Assembly (NCBI GenBank): GCA_003251175.1
Contig: QKHC01000114.1
Location: 19,350 to 83,349, forward strand
DNA from: Gemmatimonadota bacterium
GTDB taxonomy: Bacteria; Gemmatimonadota; Gemmatimonadetes; Gemmatimonadales; GWC2-71-9
Length of the DNA: 64,000 nucleotides
Direction: 5' to 3'
Shown: positions 1-9,183 of the stretch, piece after piece
How the letters are laid out: every line of letters starts with the position of its first letter
Numbering within the stretch: the first letter of the stretch is position 1
The notes under the pieces: generated by a model
Database searches by the model: none
What the model saw: the letters and a program-made list of their open reading frames with translations, nothing else
What the model was told of the DNA's origin: nothing
Program-made: the position numbers and the translations under genes

Positions 1-1
1 G

Positions 2-154
2 CTGGCGCGCCTGCAGTGGTTCCCGAACCTCAACCACCTGTTCATGACGGTCGAGGGCGCGTCCACCGGCGCCGAGTACGGGCGGGCCGGGACGGTGGAT
101 GGCGCGGTGATCGCGGCCATCGCGACCTGGGTTCGGGAGACGGGCACGCAGTAA
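2..154 (+). CDS. 3' end (about 50 codons) of a CDS beginning upstream of the window; product unknown
   Basis: Frame 2 is open from the window edge to TAA at 152-154. Third positions are strongly G/C biased (ctg gcg cgc ctg cag tgg ttc ccg ...). Peptide ends ..LFMTVEGASTGAEYGRAGTVDGAVIAAIATWVRETGTQ*. No family recognised. Confidence 0.4.
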   Translation: MARLQWFPNLNHLFMTVEGASTGAEYGRAGTVDGAVIAAIATWVRETGTQ

Positions 155-172
155 CTTTGCATCAAAAAGTAC

Positions 173-201
173 TTGACAGAAAGCGGTCCCCGTCGTATCC
201 T
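173..201 (+). promoter_or_regulatory. sigma70-type promoter: TTGACA (173-178), 17-nt spacer, TATCCT (196-201), 6 nt before GTG 208 (leaderless layout)
   Basis: Read directly from an AT-rich island in a GC-rich context. The 8-bp palindrome AAGTACTT (167-174) overlaps the -35 element. Confidence 0.5.
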
Positions 202-207
202 GGAACC

Positions 208-792
208 GTGGCCACGCCGCAACCGCTGCACGACCGCGCGATCGCCGACCTCCGCTTCATCCGGGACACGATGGAGCGAGCCGGGTCGTTCACCGCCGTG
301 CCCGGCTGGGGCATGGTGGCGGTCGGCCTCACGGCCCTCCTGGCGGCGGTCCTCGCCGCGCGGCAGCCGGGACCGTTGCCCTGGATGCTCGTCTGGGTGG
401 CGGAAGCCGTCGTGGCGATCGCCATCGCCGGCTGGGCGATGGTCCGCAAGGCGCGCGCCGGGCACACGCCGCTGTGGTCAGGGCCGGCCCGTCGCTTCGG
501 CCTCGCCTTCCTGCCGCCGCTCGTGGCCGGCGGACTGCTCACCGTGGCGCTCTACTTCTCCGCCCAGCCGCGCTTCATTCCTGGAGTGTGGACGCTGCTG
601 TATGGCACCGCCGTGATGACGGGCGGCGCGCTCTCGGTCCGCGTGGTTCCACTCATGGGCCTCGCCTTCGTGGCCATCGGCGCCGCCGCGTTGTTCGGTC
701 CGGCGGCATGGGGTAATGGCTGTCTGGCTGCCGGATTCGGCGGGCTCCACGTGGTGTTCGGCCTCGTCATCGCGCGGCGGTACGGTGGCTAG
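208..792 (+). CDS. integral membrane protein, unknown function
   Basis: In frame with ORF 16..792. The part before 208 overlaps the previous gene's end and the promoter, so GTG 208 is preferred. Several hydrophobic helices: GWGMVAVGLTALLAAVLAA, WMLVWVAEAVVAIAIAGWAMV, FGLAFLPPLVAGGLLTVALYF, LMGLAFVAIGAAALFG. Confidence 0.6.
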   Translation: MATPQPLHDRAIADLRFIRDTMERAGSFTAVPGWGMVAVGLTALLAAVLAARQPGPLPWMLVWVAEAVVAIAIAGWAMVRKARAGHTPLWSGPARRFGLAFLPPLVAGGLLTVALYFSAQPRFIPGVWTLLYGTAVMTGGALSVRVVPLMGLAFVAIGAAALFGPAAWGNGCLAAGFGGLHVVFGLVIARRYGG

Positions 793-1159
793 ATCCAGCG
801 CTGCCCGCCGACCCGGTCGTGCCGAGCAACCCGGGAGCGCCGCCGCAGGTCGGCCCGGCGCCGCCGCGCTGCAGCTCGACCGCCTCATCCACGAGCGCAT
901 GCGCCTCGGCATCGTCAGCGCACTGGCCGCCGGGGATGGACTCACCTTCAACGAGCTGAAAGCCCTGCTCCGCACCACCGATGGGAACCTCAGCGTCCAC
1001 GCCCGCAAGCTCGAGGATGCCGGGTACGTCACCTGCGCGAAGACCTTCGTGGAGCGTGTCCCGCAGACGACCTACCGGCTCACCGCAGCCGGGCGCCGAG
1101 CGCTGCAGCGCTATCTCGACCACATGGAAGCGGTCATCCGCACTGCCCGGACCGCCTGA
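785..1159 (+). CDS. winged-helix transcriptional regulator (ArsR/MarR-like small wHTH family)
   Basis: LDRLIHERMRLGIVSALAAGDGLTFNELKALLRTTDGNLSVHARKLEDAGYVTCAKTFVERVPQTTYRLTAAGRRALQRYLDHM is a typical wHTH. Start is uncertain: GTG 785 (8-nt overlap with the upstream stop) or ATG 716. Confidence 0.75.
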   Translation: MARSSAARRPGRAEQPGSAAAGRPGAAALQLDRLIHERMRLGIVSALAAGDGLTFNELKALLRTTDGNLSVHARKLEDAGYVTCAKTFVERVPQTTYRLTAAGRRALQRYLDHMEAVIRTARTA

Positions 1160-1171
1160 GGGAGTATTTTT

Positions 1172-1831
1172 TTGCCACTGCACTTTTCCCCACAAAGTAC
1201 ATTGCACGTCGCTGTCATCATGGACGGCAACGGTCGCTGGGCTACCCGCCGCGGGCTGCCGCGCAGCGCGGGCCATCGCGCCGGGGCCCGGGCCGTCCGC
1301 CGCCTGGTCGAGGCGGCCGCGCGCCACCCCGCCATCGCCGCCCTGACCCTCTACGCCTTCTCCAGCGACAACTGGCGCCGCCCCGCAGACGAGGTTGCCG
1401 CCCTGATGCGCCTGTTCGAGCGCCACCTCCGGATCGAGTCGCCCCGGTGCGCCGCGAACAGCGTCCGCCTCGAGATCGTCGGGCGCCGGGACCGACTCGA
1501 CCCGCGGCTGCGCGCCGCGATCGATGCCGCGGAGCTGGCCACCCGCGGCGGGGCACATCTGCACCTGCGCATCGCCGTGGACTACTCGGCGCGCGACGCG
1601 ATCGCGGCACGCCAGCTACTGCCCGACGTCGACCTCCTCATCCGCACCGGGGGCGAGCGGCGCCTCAGCGACTTTCTGCTGTGGGAGAGTGCATACGCCG
1701 AGCTCGTCTTCGTCGAACAGATGTGGCCCGACTTCACCGCGGCTGACCTCGCTGCCGCTCTCACGGAGTTCCACACCCGCGCGCGCCGCTTCGGCGCACT
1801 GCCCGCGGCGGCCCTCGGAGCCACCTCGTGA
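1172..1831 (+). CDS. uppS: undecaprenyl-diphosphate synthase (cis-prenyltransferase)
   Basis: [27 protein letters not shown] and [27 protein letters not shown] are family signatures. TTG 1172 is preceded by GAGGGAG (1158-1164). Confidence 0.95.
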   Translation: MPLHFSPQSTLHVAVIMDGNGRWATRRGLPRSAGHRAGARAVRRLVEAAARHPAIAALTLYAFSSDNWRRPADEVAALMRLFERHLRIESPRCAANSVRLEIVGRRDRLDPRLRAAIDAAELATRGGAHLHLRIAVDYSARDAIAARQLLPDVDLLIRTGGERRLSDFLLWESAYAELVFVEQMWPDFTAADLAAALTEFHTRARRFGALPAAALGATS

Positions 1832-2490
1832 CCACACCCGGCCTCGGCATCCTCATGATCCTCGTCACCGCGCTCCTGCTGTTCGGCTCGCTGGCGGTAG
1901 TGCTGCTCGCGCTGCTGCGCGGCCGCCGACCTCGCCTCGTCCGACTGGCGATCGGACTCAGCGCGTGGGTGGCGCTCTACACGGCGGCGCTCGTGACGAC
2001 CTCGCTCGCCAGTGAGCCACGTGTGCTCGGTCTCAACGAGTCCAAGAGGTTCTGCGGCTTCTATCTCGACTGCCATACCCAGGTCGCCATCGCCCGCGTG
2101 GAACGGCTGGACCACATCGGCGCCACTCGTGCCGCGGGCACCTTTCACGTGATCACCCTGCGGGTCGCGAACGACGCGCGCGCGGCGCGCCTGCGGCTCG
2201 CCGGCACCCGGATCACCATCACCGATTCCGCGGGTCACCGCTACATGCGCTCGTCCGCCGGCGAAGCGGCGCTGGCGGAGAACCGCGGGCCACCAGTCCC
2301 CCTCACCGAACCGATCGCCCCCGGGGGGTCGTTCCTCACCACCGTCGTGTTCGACCTGCCGGGCGACGCGCGAGCACCGCGCCTGCACGTCACCGATGGC
2401 TGGTGGGCCGACCGGCTGCTCGAGTTCTTTTTGGTTGGTGACGAGGATAGTTTCCTGCACCGGAAGACGTCATTCCGGCTGACCACCTGA
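1828..2490 (+). CDS. membrane-anchored protein, unknown function (N-terminal TM helices plus a beta-rich domain)
   Basis: GTG 1828 overlaps the uppS stop (GTGA). N-terminus is [25 protein letters not shown]. No family assigned with confidence. Confidence 0.6.
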   Translation: MTTPGLGILMILVTALLLFGSLAVVLLALLRGRRPRLVRLAIGLSAWVALYTAALVTTSLASEPRVLGLNESKRFCGFYLDCHTQVAIARVERLDHIGATRAAGTFHVITLRVANDARAARLRLAGTRITITDSAGHRYMRSSAGEAALAENRGPPVPLTEPIAPGGSFLTTVVFDLPGDARAPRLHVTDGWWADRLLEFFLVGDEDSFLHRKTSFRLTT

Positions 2491-2505
2491 TGCGGGAGTC
2501 TCGCC

Positions 2506-3300
2506 GTGCCCCACCGCGTGGTGCAGGTCGATGCCTTCACCGCCACTCCCTTCACGGGCAACCCGGCGGCAGTCTGCGTTCTGGCGGCGTTTCCGGACGC
2601 GGCCTGGATGCAGCACGTCGCGCGGGAGATGAACCTGTCGGAAACCGCGTTCCTCGTACGCCACGACGATGGCTATGAGCTGCGCTGGTTCACGCCGAGC
2701 GTCGAGGTCGACCTCTGCGGCCACGCGACGCTGGCGGCGGCGCATGTGCTGTGGGAAGACGGCCACCTCCCCGCCGATCACCCAGCTCGCTTCCACACCC
2801 GCAGTGGCCTCCTGACCGCGGCGCGACGCGGTGCCTGGATCGAAATGGACTTTCCGACTGAGCCTGCCGAGGCGGCACCCGCGCCCGCCGAGCTGATGGA
2901 TGCGCTCGGCGTCACCCCCGAGTGGACGGGCCGTAATCGGCTCGATTGGCTGATCGCCGTCCGGGATGCCGCGACCGTCCGCGCGGCCACGCCCGACTTC
3001 GGGCGACTCGCCCGCCTCACGACGCGCGGGGCGATGGTGACGGCTCCCGACGACGATGGGGCGCACGACTTCGTTTCCCGCTTCTTTGCTCCGGCGGCTG
3101 GCGTGGACGAGGATCCGGTCACGGGATCGGCGCACTGCGCGCTGGGACCTTTCTGGGCCGCCCGGCTGGGCCGGTCGGTACTCGTCGGCCACCAGGTGTC
3201 GGCACGCGGGGGTGTGGTGCGGGTGCAGATGGCGAACGATCGCGTGGTGCTGAGCGGCCAGGCCGTCACCGTACTGCGCGGAGAGCTGGCGGTCAGCTGA
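2506..3300 (+). CDS. PhzF-family isomerase-like protein
   Basis: VVQVDAFTATPFTGNPAAVC, LSETAFL, LRWFTPSVEVDLCGHATLAAAHVL and DPVTGSAHCAL are PhzF/YddE signatures. Confidence 0.85.
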   Translation: MPHRVVQVDAFTATPFTGNPAAVCVLAAFPDAAWMQHVAREMNLSETAFLVRHDDGYELRWFTPSVEVDLCGHATLAAAHVLWEDGHLPADHPARFHTRSGLLTAARRGAWIEMDFPTEPAEAAPAPAELMDALGVTPEWTGRNRLDWLIAVRDAATVRAATPDFGRLARLTTRGAMVTAPDDDGAHDFVSRFFAPAAGVDEDPVTGSAHCALGPFWAARLGRSVLVGHQVSARGGVVRVQMANDRVVLSGQAVTVLRGELAVS

Positions 3301-3350
3301 CCGCGACCGCCGGCCTAGCCGGACCCTGAGCGCCGGTCTATCGTAGGGCG

Positions 3351-4295
3351 ATGACGCCGCCAGCAGCGGGCCGGACCGCCCGGCTCTCCGGGTATCTGTT
3401 CGCGCTCGCGGCAGGCAGCCTGTGGGGCACCACGGGACCGCTCTCGACCAGACTGTACGCTGAGGGTGCCGCCATCACCGGCATCGGCTTTTGGCGCGTC
3501 CTGCTCGGAATGGGAGGACTGGCCCTGTACGGCGCGGCCGCCGATCACACCTTGTTCCGCATCGACCGCCGGGGCTTGTTGCTGATCGCTGGAGGCGGCG
3601 GCGCGCTGGTTGCGCTGTTCGAGGTGGCATACCAATTCGGCATCGCCGGGGCCGGCGTGGCGGGCGCCGCGGCGCTGCTATACACAGCGCCGGTTCTCGT
3701 CGCCATCCTGGCGGCCCCGCTCCTCGGCGAGCATCTCACCGTGCCGCGGCTCGCGCTCGCGATCATCGTGATGGTCGGCGCGGCGCTCGCCGTCACCGGC
3801 GGCAGCAGTGGCATGAGTGGGGGACCCCCGGCTGGCGCGAGCCTCGCTGCCGGGGTGACGGGGGGAGGCCTCGCAGCTGTGAGCTACGCGGGCACGACGT
3901 TGCTTGCACGGTACGCCGTCCCGCTCTATGGCGCCGTGCGGGTGCTGTTCTATGAGGTTGTCGGCGGCACGGCGATCCTTGGCTTGGTGCTGCCACTCAC
4001 CGGCCACGCGCCCGCCCTGCCTCCGACACCCGGGGCGTGGGCGCATACCCTCGCGCTCACATTGGGCACCGTCCTGTTGGCCAACTTCGCCTTCTTCGCC
4101 GCGGTGCGGCGGATCGAGGCCGCCCCGACGGCCGTCGCTGCCACGATCGAGCCCGTCGTCGGTGCCCTGCTGGCCCTGTCGCTGCTGGGCCAGCGTTTGA
4201 CCACGCCGGGCTGGCTCGGTCTCCTGATGGTCGTCATCGGAGTAGCGGCGGGATACTGGCGCGAAGCCCTGCCGGAGACCACGGAGCGGAGATGA
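3351..4295 (+). CDS. EamA/DMT-family transporter
   Basis: About 10 hydrophobic helices in a two-repeat architecture, Gly/Ala-rich, typical length (314 aa). Confidence 0.75.
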   Translation: MTPPAAGRTARLSGYLFALAAGSLWGTTGPLSTRLYAEGAAITGIGFWRVLLGMGGLALYGAAADHTLFRIDRRGLLLIAGGGGALVALFEVAYQFGIAGAGVAGAAALLYTAPVLVAILAAPLLGEHLTVPRLALAIIVMVGAALAVTGGSSGMSGGPPAGASLAAGVTGGGLAAVSYAGTTLLARYAVPLYGAVRVLFYEVVGGTAILGLVLPLTGHAPALPPTPGAWAHTLALTLGTVLLANFAFFAAVRRIEAAPTAVAATIEPVVGALLALSLLGQRLTTPGWLGLLMVVIGVAAGYWREALPETTERR

Positions 4296-4897
4296 CCAAC
4301 CAGGGCCCCGCGTACCTCGGATTCCCGCAGGCGACACCGCCCCTGGACGAGCCGTGGTATTTCCCCGTGTCCGTCCCGAAGCTGTTCGTAATGTCGATCG
4401 CCAGCTTTGGCCTGTATCAGGTCTATTGGCACTACCGCAACTGGCGGCGTTATCGTGCCCGCAGCACCCACCGGTTCTCCGTGCTGCTGCGCACGCTGCT
4501 CGGTCCCCTGTTCAGCTTCCGCCTCTTCGAGCGGATGCACCACGACCTGCGTGAGGCCGGGCGACCAGGCCTGCCGGAGCCGGGGGTGTTGGCACTCGTC
4601 TACCTGGGGCTCAACGCGCTGCTCGGCCTGCCCGATCCGTGGTGGGTACTCGCTTTCCTGAATGTCGTGCCGTTGATGGTGGCGCAGGCGGGGGTCAACC
4701 GCCTGCACGCCGCGGTGGCCCCCGGTGCGCCGCGCAACGATAGCTATTCGGGAATGAACGTCGCGCTGATCGTCCTCGGGACGCTCCTCTTTCTCGCGAT
4801 GCTCGTAGGCCTGTTTGTTCAGACGCAGCAGCCCGAAATCCGAGAAGGGGTGCCGGTTCGCTCGGTGACCGTCGGGAGCGCTGATCCGGCGACGTAA
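4292..4897 (+). CDS. membrane protein (DUF4234-like)
   Basis: ATG 4292 overlaps the EamA stop (ATGA). The motif SIASFGLYQVYWHYRNW resembles the DUF4234 GxYxxYW motif. The ORF-track start 4037 lies inside the previous gene. Confidence 0.6.
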   Translation: MTNQGPAYLGFPQATPPLDEPWYFPVSVPKLFVMSIASFGLYQVYWHYRNWRRYRARSTHRFSVLLRTLLGPLFSFRLFERMHHDLREAGRPGLPEPGVLALVYLGLNALLGLPDPWWVLAFLNVVPLMVAQAGVNRLHAAVAPGAPRNDSYSGMNVALIVLGTLLFLAMLVGLFVQTQQPEIREGVPVRSVTVGSADPAT

Positions 4898-5005
4898 CAC
4901 GCTGTGCAACAGGCGGTTACGAAATGGAACACGTTCTTGCCTTCCCTCCCGCGGCGTGGGTAGCATTCCCGCCACTCACGACTGCGAATGCATGGAGGTA
5001 GGGGG

Positions 5006-5653
5006 ATGACCCGCAAGCCTATCGGCTTGCTGGCTGCCGGCGTCGCGCTGGCCGCCAGCCTGTCTTGCTATCCCGGTGATGTGCAGAGTCTTCAGGAGCT
5101 GGACCTCTCCGTCGCCATCCGCAACCCGAACGTGCCGGAGAGCGAGTTCGCGAACATCGTGACCTACGCACTCCCGGACACCATCATCCACGTGTACCCG
5201 GATACGACGGATACGAATCCACCCGAGATCTCGCGGGACTACGACTCGTACATCCTGGGTCTCGTCGTCAGCCACATCGACGCACGGGGGTACCAGCGCG
5301 TCGCGGTCGATCCGGCCAACCCGCCCGACGTACTCGTGCTGGTCACGGCAACAGCGCGCACGATGACCGGTGCCACCTGGTATCCCGGATACTGGTGGGG
5401 CGGCTACTGGCCGCCGTGGGGGCCCTGCTACTACTGCTACTATCCGCCGCCTGTCACCGTGTATCAGTGGGACCAGGGTTCGTTGCAGATCACGCTGGTC
5501 GATCCGAGCGTGGCGTCGGACAGCACCATCAGGGCCCTGTGGATGGGCGGCGTGACCGGAGTGCTCGGTTCCTCCGGCAACGCCACCAGCAGCCGGTTGG
5601 AGACGGGCATCAACCGCGTGTTCGACCTGTCCCCATACCTGCGCCGCAACTAG
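5006..5653 (+). CDS. lipoprotein, DUF4136-like
   Basis: SD GGAGGT sits 6 nt before ATG 5006. Lipobox is LAASLSC. The C-terminal part (GSLQITLVD..) resembles DUF4136. Contains an unusual aromatic/Pro run GYWWGGYWPPWGPCYYCYYPPP. Confidence 0.65.
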   Translation: MTRKPIGLLAAGVALAASLSCYPGDVQSLQELDLSVAIRNPNVPESEFANIVTYALPDTIIHVYPDTTDTNPPEISRDYDSYILGLVVSHIDARGYQRVAVDPANPPDVLVLVTATARTMTGATWYPGYWWGGYWPPWGPCYYCYYPPPVTVYQWDQGSLQITLVDPSVASDSTIRALWMGGVTGVLGSSGNATSSRLETGINRVFDLSPYLRRN

Positions 5654-5683
5654 CGGCCCGACCAGAAACGGAGCGAACCAGCC

Positions 5684-6274
5684 ATGCGCATACTCTTTTC
5701 CGCGGCGCTCGCCCTGGCTCTGAGCGGTCAGGTCGCGGCGCAGACGTTCGGGCGCCTCTATTACAGCACCGCCGCTCCGAGCGGCGACATGAAGGACTAC
5801 ATCGACCAGTTCAGCTGGCGCGGCATCACGTTCGAGTCCGGGAAGTATGTCCGGGACAACGTGACGGCGGCGATTTCACTCGGTTGGACAGTGTTCAACA
5901 AGAAGACCGACGAGCCGGTGAGCATCGGCGACGCGGCGGCGGCGCAGGGCACCCAGTACCGTTATGTCAACGCGTTTCCCATCCTCGCGCAGCTGCAACT
6001 GCATCGTCAGCCCAATCGCGGCGCCGACATGTACCTCGGCCTGAACGGAGGCGTGTACTACATCGAGCGGCGCACCGACGTCAGCGTCGTGTCGCTCGTG
6101 TCGGACAACTGGCATTTCGGGCTGGCCCCGCAGGCCGGCATCATCTTCCCCATGGACTACGGCCGCAGCGCGGGATCGATTGACGTCCGGTACAACCACG
6201 CGTTCGAGGCCGGCGGTCAGTCCTACAGCTGGTGGACGTTCAGCATCGGGTTCGCCTACGGCCGGCTGTATTAG
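5684..6274 (+). CDS. outer-membrane beta-barrel protein
   Basis: Signal peptide MRILFSAALALALSGQVAAQ, alternating beta-strand pattern, aromatic C-terminus ..FSIGFAYGRLY. Confidence 0.7.
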   Translation: MRILFSAALALALSGQVAAQTFGRLYYSTAAPSGDMKDYIDQFSWRGITFESGKYVRDNVTAAISLGWTVFNKKTDEPVSIGDAAAAQGTQYRYVNAFPILAQLQLHRQPNRGADMYLGLNGGVYYIERRTDVSVVSLVSDNWHFGLAPQAGIIFPMDYGRSAGSIDVRYNHAFEAGGQSYSWWTFSIGFAYGRLY

Positions 6275-6297
6275 CCGCGACGGGACGCCGAACGAAG

Positions 6298-6330
6298 ACA
6301 GGCCCGGATGGGAGTTCCATCCGGGCCTGT
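6298..6330. terminator. perfect 14-bp hairpin between convergent genes (bidirectional terminator candidate)
   Basis: ACAGGCCCGGATGG-gagtt-CCATCCGGGCCTGT lies between the stops at 6274 (+) and 6358 (-). There is no strong U-tract. Confidence 0.55.
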
Positions 6331-6357
6331 GTGTTCCGAGTGATCCGATGGGAGCGG

Positions 6358-6825
6358 CTACTCCGGCTTGTGCAGCAGCGGCAGCTCTGAGGCGATCTGG
6401 ATCCGGACCAGCAGATCGATCTGATTCTCCACCTGGAGAAACCGCCCGGCGATGACGGGGGTGAGCGCCTTGGACATGCGGTCGAAGTACTTGCGACGCA
6501 GCTTCACGCCGTCCTCTTCGAGGCGCAGGGCCTGCTGGGCCAGGTCCTTGGCCTTCTGATCGGTCATGATTTGGTAGCTGTCCGCGTAGTCCTTGATGAG
6601 CGCCAGTCGCCGGTCCCACAGGGCCGTGAGCTCGGCCTGGTACTCGCGGTACACCGGCCAGAACGTCGACGACTGCCCCTCGTCGAGCTGCATCGCCGCC
6701 GTTACGATCGCCACCTTCTGCGTGCGGAAATCCGAGCGGGCCAGCTCGAGCAGCGGACTCTCCTGGGCGGCAGCCGGCCCGACGACGAGCAGCGCGGCGG
6801 CCAGCGCGAGCATCTGCGTTTTCAT
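6358..6825 (-). CDS. secreted/periplasmic all-helical protein, unknown function
   Basis: Signal peptide MKTQMLALAAALLVVGPAAAQ. SD GAGGA lies upstream. The rest is helical and charged. Confidence 0.65.
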   Translation of the reverse strand: MKTQMLALAAALLVVGPAAAQESPLLELARSDFRTQKVAIVTAAMQLDEGQSSTFWPVYREYQAELTALWDRRLALIKDYADSYQIMTDQKAKDLAQQALRLEEDGVKLRRKYFDRMSKALTPVIAGRFLQVENQIDLLVRIQIASELPLLHKPE

Positions 6826-7007
6826 CGTTGCAATCCTCGAAAAAGGTATGGACAGGTCCCGTCAAGCCGCCGGGAGGATAGACATGGCACGCGAGCGGGT
6901 CAACCGGCCCGCCGCGTGGCCCCTCGCAACTGGCGAGGGTGGACCTATCTTTGGTCCGGCACAGCAGTTCGCATCATCCACTGTGTTCTCGAACAGGAGA
7001 GAGCAGC

Positions 7008-8057
7008 ATGACCTCGTTGCGAATCCGGGTCCTGGGGCCGTTCGTGATGGCCGGCGCGATGCTCTGGGTCGTCCCACCCACTAGCGCTGCGCAACGTGCC
7101 GCCACCGAGATGGGTGGGAGCGCGCGCGAGCTGGGTGGGCACCGCTTCGTTCCCAACACGGTGCTGGGGGATCCGTTTCTCGCGTCGCGATTCACGACGT
7201 CCATCGGCTTCGGCGGTGCCCGCGACCTCGCGGTGCCGATCTACAACGCCGACGACAGCCTGGTACAGACGCTCACGGGAGATCTCGGATTCCTCGCGAT
7301 CGACTTCGCGTACCAGCAACAGGTCACGGGGTGGCTCGCACTGCGCGGCGGCCTCGGCGCGATCGCCCGCCTGGGCGTCGATCGCTTCGCCTTCGCCGCG
7401 GAAGGGGTCTCGACTGTCTATGGATTTGATGTGGGAGCAACGGGTCGCCTCTGGGGCACCAGCCGCCTGCAGCTCGCTGTCGCCCTCGACTATTCGTCGA
7501 GTGCGCTGTACGGCGTTCAGCCCCTCACGTACCTCCAGGGCATCGCGGGAGAAGTGCGATCCGCGGTGGATTCGGTGCTGGCCGGTGGGGGGCCGGTCGA
7601 CAGCACGACGGTTGACAGTATCCTCGCCCGGATCGACCTCTCCAAGTACGATGTAATCAAACAAGGTTCAGCCGACCGCACCAACGTCGGCCTGCGGCTC
7701 GCCTACGCCGCGACCCCCTGGCTCGGCTTCACCGCGGCCACCCAGACTGGCGTCGGCCAGCTCCTGGACAACACGGGGGATCTCGGCATCATCGACGTGG
7801 GGGCCGCGGCGAGCCTCGATCTGGGCGTGCTGTGGAAGGTGCCGATCGGTGTCGCCCTGAGCGCCAGGTACCAGAACATCAACGAGCGCGCGAGCGACGT
7901 CGCGGCAGATGTCACGACGTTTGGTGCGTTCGTTTCGTACGCGGCACGGCGCGACCTGTCGCTCGGTCTCGAAATCGCCAACTCCAGCCTCGGCCAGCCA
8001 ACGGGGGGCTCACTGCGCGCGTCGCGCGGCGTGATCAACATGATCTACTACTTCTAG
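7008..8057 (+). CDS. outer-membrane beta-barrel protein, unknown function
   Basis: SD GGAGAG precedes ATG 7008. Signal peptide ends ..VVPPTSAAQ. Has a beta-strand pattern and ends ..INMIYYF (C-terminal Phe). Confidence 0.65.
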   Translation: MTSLRIRVLGPFVMAGAMLWVVPPTSAAQRAATEMGGSARELGGHRFVPNTVLGDPFLASRFTTSIGFGGARDLAVPIYNADDSLVQTLTGDLGFLAIDFAYQQQVTGWLALRGGLGAIARLGVDRFAFAAEGVSTVYGFDVGATGRLWGTSRLQLAVALDYSSSALYGVQPLTYLQGIAGEVRSAVDSVLAGGGPVDSTTVDSILARIDLSKYDVIKQGSADRTNVGLRLAYAATPWLGFTAATQTGVGQLLDNTGDLGIIDVGAAASLDLGVLWKVPIGVALSARYQNINERASDVAADVTTFGAFVSYAARRDLSLGLEIANSSLGQPTGGSLRASRGVINMIYYF

Positions 8058-8067
8058 TAGCCGGACC

Positions 8068-9165
8068 ATGCGGATCGCGGTAGCGGTCGCGCTGGCCGGC
8101 TGCCTGGCATTCGCCGCAGCCGGAGCTCAAGAGCCCGACACGGCGGCGACCCAGCCGCGCCGGCGAGTTCGCGTGTTCGGCTACCCGTACGCGTTCTACT
8201 CGCCGGAGACGGACTTCGCCTTCGGTGTCGGCGGCATCGTGTCGTTCCACGCGGGCCGCGACACGGCGCTGCGGCCATCCAAGGTGCTGCTCAGCGCGTA
8301 CTACACCGCCAACCGCCAGTATAAGATGACCCTGTCCCACGACCTGTTCGCGGCGGCGAACCGCACCGCCGGCGGGCTCGATGCGTCATTCGGCAGGTTC
8401 ATCGACAAGTTCTACGGCACTGGGCCCGCGTCCCCCGACACGGGGAAGCCCGACTATCTGCTCGAGCTGCTCGCACTCGATGCCAGCCTGACCCGCATGG
8501 TGAGTCAAGCGCACGGCCTCCAGGCCGGCGCGGTCGTCCGGGTGCATCGCCAGGCCAACATCGACAAGCGCGACAACGGGTTCCTGCTGGGCGATTCGGT
8601 AACCGGCAGCGGCGGCGGCTGGGTGACCGGCCTGGGACTCGACCTGGTGCGCGATACGCGCGACAACGTGTTCTATCCCACGCACGGCGTGTATTCGGAG
8701 CTGCGGGCGGTGACCTACACGACCGCCCTGGGTGGCGACTTCGAGTTCACCGAGATCGTCGCCGATCTCCGGGGCTATCGGACGCTGGGCTCCGGCCAGG
8801 TGCTGGGGCTGCAGCTCTACGGCGCCTTCTCGGGCGGCGACCCACCGTATTTCAAGCTCCCCAAGCTCGGCGGCGGCTCGCGCATGCGCGGCTACTACGA
8901 GGGCCGCTACCGCGACCGGCACTACGTCATGGGACAGGCTGAGTACCGCACCCGGCTGTTCGGCCGTTTCGGCGGCGTCCTGTTCGCGGGCGTCGGAACC
9001 GTCGGGCCAACGGTCAACAAGCTGTCGTTGGGAAACCTTCATGCTGGATATGGATTCGGCCTGCGCTACCTGTTCGACCGACAGGAGCACATCAACGTTC
9101 GTGCGGATGTCGGATTCGGGCCTGGGACATCGGGCGTGTATTTCTCGATCGAAGAGGCGTTCTGA
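8068..9165 (+). CDS. Omp85/BamA-family (bacterial surface antigen D15) barrel protein without obvious POTRA repeats
   Basis: Signal peptide MRIAVAVALAGCLAFAAAGAQ. The C-terminal region GGGSRMRGYYEGRYRD..YGFGLRYL..VRADVGF is typical of the Bac_surface_Ag barrel. Confidence 0.7.
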   Translation: MRIAVAVALAGCLAFAAAGAQEPDTAATQPRRRVRVFGYPYAFYSPETDFAFGVGGIVSFHAGRDTALRPSKVLLSAYYTANRQYKMTLSHDLFAAANRTAGGLDASFGRFIDKFYGTGPASPDTGKPDYLLELLALDASLTRMVSQAHGLQAGAVVRVHRQANIDKRDNGFLLGDSVTGSGGGWVTGLGLDLVRDTRDNVFYPTHGVYSELRAVTYTTALGGDFEFTEIVADLRGYRTLGSGQVLGLQLYGAFSGGDPPYFKLPKLGGGSRMRGYYEGRYRDRHYVMGQAEYRTRLFGRFGGVLFAGVGTVGPTVNKLSLGNLHAGYGFGLRYLFDRQEHINVRADVGFGPGTSGVYFSIEEAF

Positions 9166-9183
9166 GTTGCCTGGCCACAGACC

